64,000 nucleotides of DNA from Felis catus. Its lineage: Eukaryota. The position numbers and the translations under genes were made by a program. Each line of letters opens with the position of its first letter. Position 1 is the stretch's first letter. Under the pieces are notes generated by a model. The model ran no database searches. It worked only from the letters and a program-made list of their open reading frames with translations, and was not told the origin of the DNA. Of this stretch, positions 53,071-64,000 are shown piece after piece. The DNA lies in contig NC_058368.1 in NCBI RefSeq assembly GCF_018350175.1, positions 65,598,001-65,662,000 on the forward strand. Reading direction: 5' to 3'.

Positions 53071-53374
53071 TCTGTCAGTTGGATAAAACTAATTGTGAAA
53101 TGGGATTAAGAATTTCAGAACTGATTTTCACACCTAAACATGCATTCATGCACGCATGCAACTTAGGTCTTACGTGCCAACAGAGGGATAGTTACTATAC
53201 AAGGGAAACTGATTCTTCTGTATCTAGATACAAGAAACAGATAATTTATTAAACAATGTCTTCTCAAAGGTAGGTGAGGTGAGAATAAGAAAACAGTGGG
53301 CTGTTTTAATATATTTATCTATAGGCTTATATAAAATCATACTTAAACCAATATGCTAGCAAAAACATTACTCA

Positions 53375-53573
53375 TAATTCTTGCAGACTTTTGGGGATAG
53401 GAGGAGTGTCAAGAGAATAAAGACAGAGAAAATTATGGGTGTTCAGGGATGCCTGGGTGGAACAGTTGGTTAAGTGTCCGACTTCGAGTTTTGGCTGAGG
53501 TCATGATCTCATGGTTCATGAGTTCGAGCCCTGCATGGGGTAGTGAGCTAACAGTGTGAAGCCTGCTTGGGAT

Positions 53574-53629
<56 letters not shown>

Positions 53630-53860
53630 TGCCCCTCCCCCCCCACCTTTCAGAATTCATAAATACGTGTTAAAAAAAGACAGGTATATTTTATGGCAAT
53701 TCCTTGCCAGAAACTCAACTGGAATAATAAAAACTTTGAAAGAAAAATGATGATAGCCAGAGTTCTCTGTGGATTTTCTAAGAATAAATCATACCAAATT
53801 TATCTCATTTGTACTTTGATAGACTTTTCGGTCCAGTAGATATGCTAATTGCAGTAAAGG
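53375..53860 (+). mobile_element. CR1/L3 LINE ORF2 relic interrupted by a SINE
   Basis: From 53765 translates LCGFSKNKSYQIYLI, then after a frameshift FDRLFGPVDMLIAV; resembles the CR1 RT motif QHGFxKxKSCxTNLISFFDxVTxLVDxGxAVD. Confidence 0.65.
53446..53678 (+). mobile_element. CanSINE
   Basis: Head GGGATGCCTGGGTGG, (CT)n, tail. Confidence 0.92.
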
Positions 53861-54384
53861 ATGAGTAGGTGTATTAGAATCACCCGGTGATCTTTTTCAA
53901 CCACCTCCACATGACTTTCCCCTGAGTCACTTTAGCACCTTGGCTGGTTGCACATTCAACACCCCACCCCCACCACCAGCACAGGCACATACTGAGTATT
54001 ACTGGGCGGCTCTCTCCATCCTGTCCCACCTTTGAGAAGTACTCCATATAGTAAGAGACTATGGATTGGGATTGTGTCTCACATGTGAATGGTTTAAAAG
54101 AAGAAAAAGTTGGGGAGTTACTATGAGTAAAATGAAGGAAAAGGAAAGTTATTTTCTCCCAAGGATATACGCCTGTATGTTCCAGATAAAAATTTGGAAT
54201 GTGTTTTCTTACCATCCTTCCAGGTTTGAGCATAGACTCTTGTTCTTAGTGAGTACTCAGGAAATGTTTATTGCTGAACAGTGGAGGAGAGAAAGAGAGG
54301 GGGGAGGGGGGGAGGGAGGGAGGGAGACAAAGAGAACAGTGGGGAAGTGAAGAAGGGAGGGAGAAAGAGGCAACTTTGTGTTTC

Positions 54385-54611
54385 TCTTTTTTTTTTAATT
54401 TTTTTTTAACGTTTATTTTATTTTTGAGACAGAGAGAGACAGAGCATGAACGGGGGAGGGGCAGAGAGAGAGGGAGACACAGAATCAGAAGCAGGCTCCA
54501 GGCCCTGAGCCATCAGCCCAGAGCCCGACGCGGGGCTCGAACTCACGGACCCTGAGATCATGACCTGAGCTGAAGTCAGATGCTTAACCGACTGAGCCAC
54601 CCAGGCGCCCC
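54385..54611 (-). mobile_element. SINEC_Fc (left member of a head-to-head pair)
   Basis: Full-length; TSD TGTGTTT(T)CTCTT. Confidence 0.96.
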
Positions 54612-54665
54612 TGTGTTTCTCTTCTGCCTTCCCTATATACATAAAGATAAATATGTATGTTTATG

Positions 54666-54872
54666 GGGGCGCCTGGGTGGCTCAGTCGGTTGGGTGGCCG
54701 ACTTCGGCTCAGGTCATGATCTCACGGTCTGTGAGTTCGAGCCCCGCGTCGGGCTCTGTGCTGACGGCTCAGGGCCTGGAGCCTGTTTCCGATTCTGTGT
54801 CTCCCTCTCTCTCTGACCTTCCCCCATTCATGCTCTGTCTCTCTCTGTCTCAAAAATGAATAAACGTTAAAA
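54666..54872 (+). mobile_element. SINEC_Fc (right member of a head-to-head pair)
   Basis: Full-length; TSD AAATATGTATGTTTATG. Confidence 0.96.
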
Positions 54873-55070
54873 AAATATGTATGTTTATGTATAGATAATA
54901 ACTATATATGGAGATATAGATACAGCTCAAGACAATGCCTGACACGTATAAGTACCCAATAAATAGAAGCTATTATTAGTTAATATCATTAGATCATAGG
55001 ATATCAAGTTCCACTTTACTCTTCACTCATAAGGCAATAATGGGAATAACTGTGCTTTGTTCTGGGCAGT

Positions 55071-55650
55071 TTTTTTGTTTTGTTTTTTTTTTTTGTTTCT
55101 CCAATGTGAGCATAGTTTACACAAAATGTTACATTAGTTTTAGATGCACACCATAGTGATTCAACTTCTCTATACTATGAATGCTATTCTCAGCATAAGG
55201 GTAGCTACCATCTGTCACCATATAACACTGTTACAGTATCATTGCTGTGTTCTCTACGCTGTGCCTTTTATTCCCATGACTTATTTATTTTATAACTGGG
55301 AGCCTGTATCTCCCCCCCACCCCCTTCATCAATTTTGCCTGTCTCCCCATTGCTCTCCTCTGGCAACCGTCAGTTTGTACTATGTATTTATAGGTCTGGT
55401 TCTCCTTTTTGTTTGTTCATTTGTTTTGTTTTTTTAGATTCCACATATAAGTGAAATCATATGGTATTTGTCTTTCTCAGTCTGACTTATTTCTTTTAGC
55501 ATAATACCCTCTGGGACCTTCCATGTTGTTGCAAATGGGACAATTTCATCCTTTTTTATAGCATGTGTCTGTACACATACTACATCTTCCCTAAACATTC
55601 ATGTTTTGATAGACACTTAAATTGCTTCCACATCTTGGCTATTGTAAATA
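55071..55650 (-). mobile_element. Carnivore L1, 5'-truncated 3' end
   Basis: T-tail; TTTAGATTCCACATATAAGTGAAATCATATGGTATTTGTCTTTCTC; ends ...TTGGCTATTGTAAATA; degenerate TSD TGGGCA. Confidence 0.92.
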
Positions 55651-56098
55651 GTTGGGCAACTTGTTTTAAGAGGAACATCAATAAAATAGAATGTGACATG
55701 CTTGGCCAATGGAGTCCTCTTCCTTCCCACCCTATCCACTTCCTATCCCACCATGTGCAGGGCATTATAAACCTTCATTGTCAAGTGTTGCATGGATGGA
55801 TGGGAGGAAGATATAAGGCCACTAAAGTTTCATATTTCAGGTTTGGTCATGTGGAAGCCCAAAGTAACTTGGTGTTTGATATTTAAGGGATGCAGTTAAG
55901 GGAGATAATCAAATGTTTAAGTTTTCCTTGACGGTCACAGTTTATGTGTGTGTGATTATCAATTAGTTTTTAAGTTATAGAAGTGTTCCTATTTGGATAA
56001 GAAATTATACGATTACCCCACATCTAGGTTAAATACGTTGTAGCGCAGAAGACACACATTTAACTTAACCATAGGACAAATACACAACGCATTTGCGC

Positions 56099-56324
56099 TC
56101 TTTTTTTTTTTTTAAGTTTATTTCAAGAGAGAGAGACAGAGACAGAGAGAGACACAGAGAGAGAACAAGTGAAGGAGGGGCAGACAGGGAGGGAGAGAGA
56201 GAAAATCCCAGGCAGGCTTCACACTGTCAGTGTAGAGCCCAGTGTGGGCTCGAACTTAAGAACCATGAGATCATGACCTGAGCCGAAGTCAAACGCTTAA
56301 CCCACTGAGCCACCCAGGTGCCCC
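56099..56324 (-). mobile_element. CanSINE/SINEC_Fc
   Basis: Degenerate TSD ATTTG(C/A)GCTCTT. Confidence 0.93.
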
Positions 56325-58430
56325 TGTATTTGAGCTCTTGAATGGCAAGATAGGCTGCCTTTTGAAATTGTCAGTTGATATTGCTGGAAATAATTCAGTT
56401 TGATACACGACAGTGTTTCAGTGTAAGGCATGATTCATTTATTGGATTGGAAGTTAGACTACGTGTATATTGTAAATCTGTTTCATGTAATCTAACAGAT
56501 CACAATTCCTGGTTTCTTTCTATCTAGAGATAGAGCTTTCTTCTTTCTACTTTTCTCTGTTTTTCCAGAAAAAATATTTCTAAGTTGTATTCTTCAAGCC
56601 AATTATCAACGATTTAAATGACCATTCTGCAAATGGTCCAGCAGGATCTCAACATAATGGAGATTTGTACTAATATCTTGGCATAGCTTTTATTTTTTGT
56701 AATTCTTGAATGAAAGTAGGATATATTTTTTGAAACAGGTAATTGGATATTTTATACTTCTTTTTCATTTTCTAAAATTTAGATGTGAAAACAAAACTAT
56801 GATATGTTTATTATAACTCCTCAGACAGAATGACCCAGAAATCCATGAAATAATCTGAATTAATTATTGAGTCATTCTGACCCTCCTACCAACAGAGATT
56901 GTTTTCCCCAATACGTGTGTATTTTTTGTTGTCAAAACTTGCAGTTGGAATTAAAATAACTTGGTGGAAATGTCCCACAGGGGAGAATCAGCTGTCAGTT
57001 ACTAGAAAAATATTTTAGGACTAATGATTACATTTAATGAATTTAGCGATTGTTTAGAAATAATCTAGGTTTCCTAAAAAAACAAAACAAAACACGTGTG
57101 CTTTTCCAGTTACATTGTCTTCACTGGATTTCAACACGGATACTTTTCAGTTGGGAGAATTATGTGTTTGTAAGCTATTTATTGAGTGCCTATTATGTTC
57201 TGGAACTGTGCGCTAAGCTCCGGCATTCTATGCATTGTAGAAGTCTTGTGAAAGGCTCTGCCCCAAACCCTCCTACAGATCCTCACCCAACTGGAGAGAG
57301 GATTTCCCTTTCCAGTATTCCTGCATCACATGTTACGCCCCACCCCCATAATGGGTATCTTTGTTTCACAGGCAGTGGGTAAACCCAAAGGGAGAGGCAT
57401 GCCAGACTAGAGATGGTTGTGATGAAAAGGTTCAGCACCTGTTTCAGTAGGAGAATCCCTTAGTTAGTTACACTGCCTTGGGAGCCTTGCCCTATAGAAC
57501 CACGTTCCTATTTCACTGCCCTAATTACCTCTCCTCTGTGTGGTCTCAAAATCCTTTTAAACCTCATCTCCCATGACATCATTGGCCTGTTCTCCATACT
57601 CTCATGCTTTTCCTAGAGCCCTTGCTGCTACCTGCCAACATCCTATTTTTGTTCCAAATCCAACTCAAGTTCTCCCTCCTCCATAGAGCCTTATCCGATC
57701 TCCCCAATGTATATTTCTTATGTCTCTCTTGAAGTACGCCTGTGGCCCTTGGAGCTTTTCTTCTGGCATCACTTACTGTATATTGTATTATAATTACTAG
57801 TGTTCTCAGCTAATTCCACATACTTGCATATTAGCCTAAGAAGACTGAGACCGAGTGGGTTTTCTTGAATCCACTGAAGCTTCTAACATACTGTCTTGGA
57901 AGTGCCAGGTCTTGAGATATTTTTTGAAGGGAAGCAATCCATCTTATGAATCAGTATGTATGGAATGTATTTCCATTCACCATTCAATGGCCGACTGATG
58001 CATTCTTTTTTTCTTTTTTGCACCTAAGTTCCCATATCTTCCCATCGGTTGTATTTATTATTCTAAAAATGATAAAGTGACAAAAGCAATTAATATGTAG
58101 CTCTAAGGAAAGGATAACTAAGTAAATCAATGTCATTCTTTAGCTTCCCTCACGTATTTATAGCTATTTTTTAAATATAAAGTATTTTTAAGGGACACAT
58201 TTCCTGTATTTGGTCTTTTAAAAAGTTGGTGAAATTCGTATTAATATTCCCTTTCAATCTTGCAGTGTCTACACAAACTATTTGAAGGCTTCCACAGGAA
58301 CTTTCTTTGTAAAAAGGGAGCTCCACAGAATTCCCAAACACAAGGGTATATGCCTACCCCTCTCTGTCTGAAGACTGTTGTCACTTTTCATACAAATAGT
58401 CCAAGAAATGAAGGCAAGTCCTAAAGGCTT

Positions 58431-58533
58431 AGTCCTCCCTCTCTCCTTCTCCCCCTCCCCATCCCTCCTCCTTCTCCCCCTCCCCATCCCTCCTCCTCCT
58501 CCTCCTCCTCCTCCTCCTCCTCCTCCTTCCCTT
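58431..58533. repeat. Polypyrimidine tract with (CCT)n
   Basis: About 12 perfect CCT units in a C/T tract. Confidence 0.93.
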
Positions 58534-60000
58534 GTTGATTTGTCTTCTCGCTGGGCATTGTGCTTTTAGGATTCTGTTGTTAAGATTTCTTTCTTCTTCA
58601 AGAGTGGTATCATTTTCTGAATACTAAGATGCATGTTTATAATTGAGCTCTGTATTGCATTGTGAAAGCCTTGTCTGTTGTTCTCAGCATTTTGTAACAT
58701 GTCTGTTGATAGGTGTCTCAAGGTTTTAGTGAAATGTGGGTTCAAACCTTGGCACCATCATATAGACCATTATGAGGGCTAAGACTTATATAATATAAAA
58801 ATGGGAATATTGCGTCAATGGAGAAATGAAACCAAATTGTCAACCAGTTGATGAGACCAGCAAACTGTCAGGTTTTTTTTTTAAATCTTTTAATGCAGAC
58901 TTGCTTTAGTGCCAGTTACTTATGCAGACTTGAATGCTTGCAGCAAAGATACTTATGGCAAAACTACCCTGAATCAATTTTGACTCTTGACTGTTGGTCA
59001 AGGTGGACACATACACAGATCCTGGCCCAGGTTCTCAAGCTGCAGACTGCAGTGATCCTAGATCCTTCCATTCACATCTCCTTTTGTTGTTAACCCCACC
59101 TCCAACCAATCATTCCTCAAATCCTTATCATTTTCATTTCTTAGTATTTCTCCAATCCACTCCTGTTTGCTATTTTATTTGCCTCCTTCATTCCTTTCTC
59201 CCCCACCTGGTTTTTTTGCCAATAGGTTGAAAACGTCCCCACCTACCCTAGGTTTTGCTGTGTGATTGATCTTTAAAAAAATCTGATCTGGGTCCCTTGC
59301 CTCCTTAAATCCTCTAGTAGCTTCTTTCTGTTCCCCTCCCCCCACCCCCTTGAGCAAGTTTAAGCTCCTTTTCTTCTTTTCTTTGGCTATCCAGAATCTC
59401 ATTTCTCTCTGCTGATCTCCTTTTCCCTGTTCCTCCCTTTGCTCTCAGAGTACCTCAAGCTGGTTAGGTCAACTCCTCTTTTGTCCCTACTCACAAGGCT
59501 GTATTCTGATGCGGTAACCAAAACACTATTTAAGTCTGGTTTTCATTTTCAGTCCTTATGGTGTAGTACTTCTACCCTGGACTTCCATGCCTTTTCTCAG
59601 TTACCTTTCCTCCCCTAAAGCTTGTATCTCCTGTGGCTGTCTGCTCTCAATTTGATCCATTAATATGGCTATGGAATGAATGAGGTGATTTATTTACATT
59701 TTGGTGGCCCTGCTTGGATCATCAGTTTCATGAGATCAAATCTCTTCTATGTGGAGAGATCTCACTGGATATTTCTTCACAGTGTATTATTGTAGATTTT
59801 ATGGAAGAAACTTCATTATGTTTTGATTTTAGCTAGCTGGAGGGGAGGACAGTGGTGATGAAGGGAAAGGTGGAGTTCAGTTTTAAATAAAACTGACTTT
59901 CTGAAAAGCACAGTTTGGTTCTGATCAGTGACATTTCCAGTTTTTTTGTTTTGTTTTGTTACCAACTTACAAAAGGAAATAAATATCACATCAGAACCCT

Positions 60001-60002
<2 letters not shown>

Positions 60003-60047
<45 letters not shown>
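60003..60047. repeat. (GT)n(GC)n alternating purine-pyrimidine tract
   Basis: Directly visible. Confidence 0.95.
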
Positions 60048-60427
60048 CACACATATATTTGTATAGTCATGAATTTGTTTATATTCTATACATATTCACT
60101 GAGCTTTTACTGTGACCCTTAATGATACTAGGACCACCTGTATTCTAGTCGGGGGAGATAAACAATAAAAAGGGATATATATTATATTAGGAAATAGATC
60201 ATGAGTGATTTTGAGATAAATCATGGATGGAGTATGTGTATAAGTATATCTCCTATGTATGCACATATATGCATACGTATATTCTGCATCTATATGTTTA
60301 TATATACATATATATCTCCTATACTTATACAATATATAGACACATATGTACATGCATACATATATGATTGAAAAGAGCTTCATAAAATACTAAGTGTGAT
60401 GCACTTTGATATTTTTTCTCTTATCAT

Positions 60428-60652
60428 TTTTTTTTAATTTTTTTTTCAACGTTTTTTATTTATTTTTGGGACAGAGAGAAACAGAGCATGAACAGGGGAG
60501 GGGCAGAGAGAGAGGGAGACACAGCATCGGAAACAGGCTCCAGGCTCCGAGCCATCAGCCCAGAGCCTGACGCGGGGCCTGAACTCACGGACCGCGAGAT
60601 CATGACCTGGCTGAAGTCGGACGCTTAACCGACTGCGCCACCCAGGCGCCCC
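60428..60652 (-). mobile_element. Young SINEC_Fc
   Basis: CpG-rich; perfect TSD TCTTATCATTTTT. Confidence 0.97.
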
Positions 60653-62946
60653 TCTTATCATTTTTTTTTAAATGCTGGTTCCAGCTCACTGGATTGATCC
60701 CATGTTATATATCAGTGCATTGAGACTCATGATTGGAAAAACAGTGGTTTAGTGAGTGTAAAATGTGTCACCACAGGAAATCAATATCTTTATGTCTGAG
60801 TAGACCGAGACTTCAGAATATCATGATTGCTTCCAATACAATTAACAATAGACAGCTGTAGCATGAAAAGTTCATATTCCATTGAACTTCTTATTTGGAA
60901 CCATAAACCTAATTTCATAACCTTTATAAATTATTAATTGTTAAAAGAGTGTAACATCTCACCATTTGCAAGTGGGTGAACATTTTCATAAGGAAAATTA
61001 CATGGACATTATTCATTCAAGGTCTGTATAAGCTTTGGAATACCTTTCCATAGGGCAAAATTCTGGCTCAGTTTTTAGATTAAGGCAATGATAAGACTTA
61101 GATAATGGCATTGGCTTCTTATTGGAGAGTGTGGCACATGAGGTGGTTACAACTTCAACAACTGATTGATATCTACATTATGGCATATTGAAACTAGGTA
61201 AAACCCAGAACCTTTTCCTATTAGATAGTACCTACATTGAAGATGTTCATTGAGTGTACATGACCTAAACATTAATAAGAAAATATGACATTTCCATCAT
61301 ATTTTCCCTATAAAAGCTACAGATCTATTTTATCTTTTGAAATACTCAATACAGAGCCACAAATCATTCTAGCATGCTAGCAGAAAGTTTAAAATGCTTC
61401 AAAATGTTTTGAGAATTTTGAAGTTTTATGGGTTTTCCAATTCAATCTGTGATCGAATCAAAGTTGGGAGGTTAGATTTTTGCTATTGAAATCAAAACCA
61501 CAGTCCAACCAATAAAGTGGAGCGTCTGTTGTGTAGAATGATGTAGCATTTTTGCTTTAAATGTTATTTCTAGATAATATATAACTTTCCTGGTATTTTT
61601 ATTTTTGAGAATAATGAAGAAGTCATGTCCTATCATACATGGTAGTGCTTTAGTTATTATAATAAAATAATTATGTAAGGCTAACTGTATGAACTGATTA
61701 ATTTCTGACATGAATATTTAGATTTATCCTTTATGAGGTCATAAGGTTAAGGTTATGAGGTTATAAGGCAGATTGAATTATTGATAAACCAGGTACATAA
61801 TGAAATTAAACTTGTAATTATCATCTTTAAAGGTGACTCACAATGCCAGAGTCATTGCAAACCCATAATCTTCAAAATTTAGCATAACATCCAAACTGCT
61901 CAGTAAAGATACTGAATATCTGACTTGGTTACTTTGTAACCGGCAAAGTTTCTCCCAGTTAGAGTTTAAATATATGATAGCTCTTTAAAAGATGAATGGC
62001 AGCCGTTTAAAGCATCCAGTGAATTGTGTTATTGTGATTTCCTTCCTATAGATTCAAATGGATTATAAAATACTGCATGTGGCTTTTGTCCACTTTGTTA
62101 GAATTCCATTGTAATAAGAGAATGTCAAAAATTAGAGGTTAAAATAGAAGAAGGCAAATATCCAAATCGCTTGTCTCTAAACTGGGAATAGATTGGAAAG
62201 TGCAAATATGCTATGAATGTAGGAAGGGAAGGAAGGGAAAAAATTTTTGGTTGGAAAGTCCATTTATTTTTCAAGGACATCATCAGAAAAAGAAAAGGAA
62301 TTTTTCCCATCATTCATCCAGTGTATACCTAGGTAAGAGAGATAGGTGCACATGGTGAACTTGGTGGTTTGTGAGTTTGACAGCATCTTTTTTGATGGTG
62401 GTATTGGGAATGGTTGAAGGCGTGAGAAACGAGGGGAACTGCTTCCAAATATCTGGGACTGTATAGAGCCTCCACTGGGGGTAATGCTGTTTTTCATTTC
62501 TACTGCCTTGGCTTCTAGCTGTAACCTGTCAGTTTTGAGGAGTAGACCTCCTTCATCGTTGCCTTTTTATGCATGGGCACTAGAATACCTGTCAAAGAAG
62601 CTGTCACTGATATGCAGAAAGAGTGGGCAGGAAAAGAGGCAACCAAAATTAAGGCATGAAGTTGTGTATGCCTCTCTGTTCACCCTTTCATCCCTTACAG
62701 CCAGCCACCACTCCCTGGCCTCTGCCTGCGATGCTTGGCAGCCGCCAACATGATATAAGGATGTAAGTAAAACACTAACAGCGGGGGTAGGTCTTGTGGA
62801 TTAAATTCTCAGTTGTAACTGGAACTGGGCTGAGTGATACCTGTTGGTTATCAACTCTAAAGGTGGGGGAGTCTAGGCCCTAGGTGTGAGATGAAGGGGT
62901 AGGGGGGACTGAGAGCGAGCAGTGTGAATATTGAAAATATTACTCT

Positions 62947-63168
62947 AAGCACCTGGGTGGCTCAGTCAGTTAAGCCTCCAACTTCGGCTCAGGTCATGCT
63001 CTCGTGGCTCGTGGGTTTGAGCCCCTCATCAGGTTCAGTGCTGACAGCTCAGAACCTGGAGCCCGCTTCGGATTCTAGGTTTCCCTCTCTTTCTGTCCCT
63101 CCCCCTCTCATGCTCTTTCTCTTTCTGTCTCTCAAAAATAAATAAGGTTTGAAAAAAATGAAAAAAAG
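62947..63168 (+). mobile_element. SINEC_Fc
   Basis: TSD GAAAATATT(A/T)CTCT. Confidence 0.94.
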
Positions 63169-64000
63169 GAAAATATTTCTCTTATACAGTGATGTATTTA
63201 TTTATATGGAGTTTTGTCATCTTAATTATCTCTTCCTTCAATCTCTCCCTCTGACAGACAGGCAGATACACACAGATGCCACGGATGCCCCTTTTAGTAT
63301 TCCAATCCTTGGTCAACATTTCTCTAGAAAGGATGCAGTCTTTTTTACATTGATGACTTTTTCATTACTATTCGAGGAGTTTACTGTATGAACTTGCTTT
63401 TTGCTCTTCCTCAGAAGCCATAACTCAGAATATGTCCTTGCAGGAGACATTTAGGGTAGGGAACTGTTACCCATTCATTTCTAGGCCTTCCTTATCTACT
63501 CTGATGTTTTGGGTTTCCACACCCCCCGGATCCGTCTTCACAGAGAACCAGTCCTCCCTGAAAATGTACGCTTTGCCCCCTGATTTACAGGAGGTTACAA
63601 AAATGATGTTTCTGTTCATTGTGGCCTATAAAATGTAGAAATTGTTCAAGGTTCTAGTCAATTTGGAACAATTGGTAGGCAATTGACTAGATCACACATC
63701 AATCTGATTTGGCAGTTATTGTGGCTCAAAACTTCAAATGCTATAAAGCTGTCAGTCTTATTGTGCATTTATGTTCAGAGTGTAATAGACTTTATTCCTT
63801 CCTCAAATATTTTTTGATTAGATAGTGGATAATCAGACACTATGTCAGAACTTCAGTATTCTGTACTACAATGTTAACATGAATGAGATCTTTCAAGACA
63901 TAGTGAATGACTATGTATCATTTCTTAGAAAATATTTAGAACTACACTACGGTGTAACAGCCCAGAAAATGTAATAGTACACCATTAGAGACTTTCAGTA

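Larger units (their letters stand above)
59926..60746. mobile_element. hAT-Charlie-type relic expanded by microsatellites, an internal segment and a SINE
   Basis: CAGTG...GGAAATAAAT..CACATC left end; GTGATGCACTTTGATATTTT...AATGCTGGT...GGAAAAACAGTG right end; subfamily uncertain. Confidence 0.55.

Noticed and set aside
54271..54859. ORFs with WVAQSV..SAQVMISR..SSSP peptides, here and at other SINEs
   Set aside because: Recurring translations of SINEC_Fc, not genes
57431..57450. REST/RE1 site (TTCAGCACC)
   Set aside because: Left half only; the GGACAG half is absent
62468..62486. CTCF-like CCACTGGGGGTA
   Set aside because: Mismatches at core positions

Overview
Felid (cat-family) genomic DNA, identified by about 24 SINEC_Fc/CanSINE copies and carnivore L1 3' ends. 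Bases 1-137 are the 3' part of a glypican-6 (GPC6) coding exon ([45 protein letters not shown], exon 2 in the human gene). It ends in a phase-1 G|GTAGGT donor. The remaining ~63.9 kb is the following very long intron. It contains SINEs, truncated L1s, MaLR/ERVL solo LTRs, hAT/Tigger relics, MIR/L2/CR1 relics and microsatellites. I found no other credible host coding exon, and the ORF track is almost all repeat or low-complexity noise. The most unusual structure is at 4081-4551: two gap-free 100-bp inverted arms, 95% identical although MIR-like. The loop holds a strong 3' splice site and the right arm holds an AGG|GTAAGT donor. Together they define a 125-nt stop-containing candidate poison exon whose donor would be buried in the RNA stem. 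This is a sequence-based hypothesis, not a demonstrated system. Repeat subfamily names are from memory of consensus sequences and boundaries are approximate.
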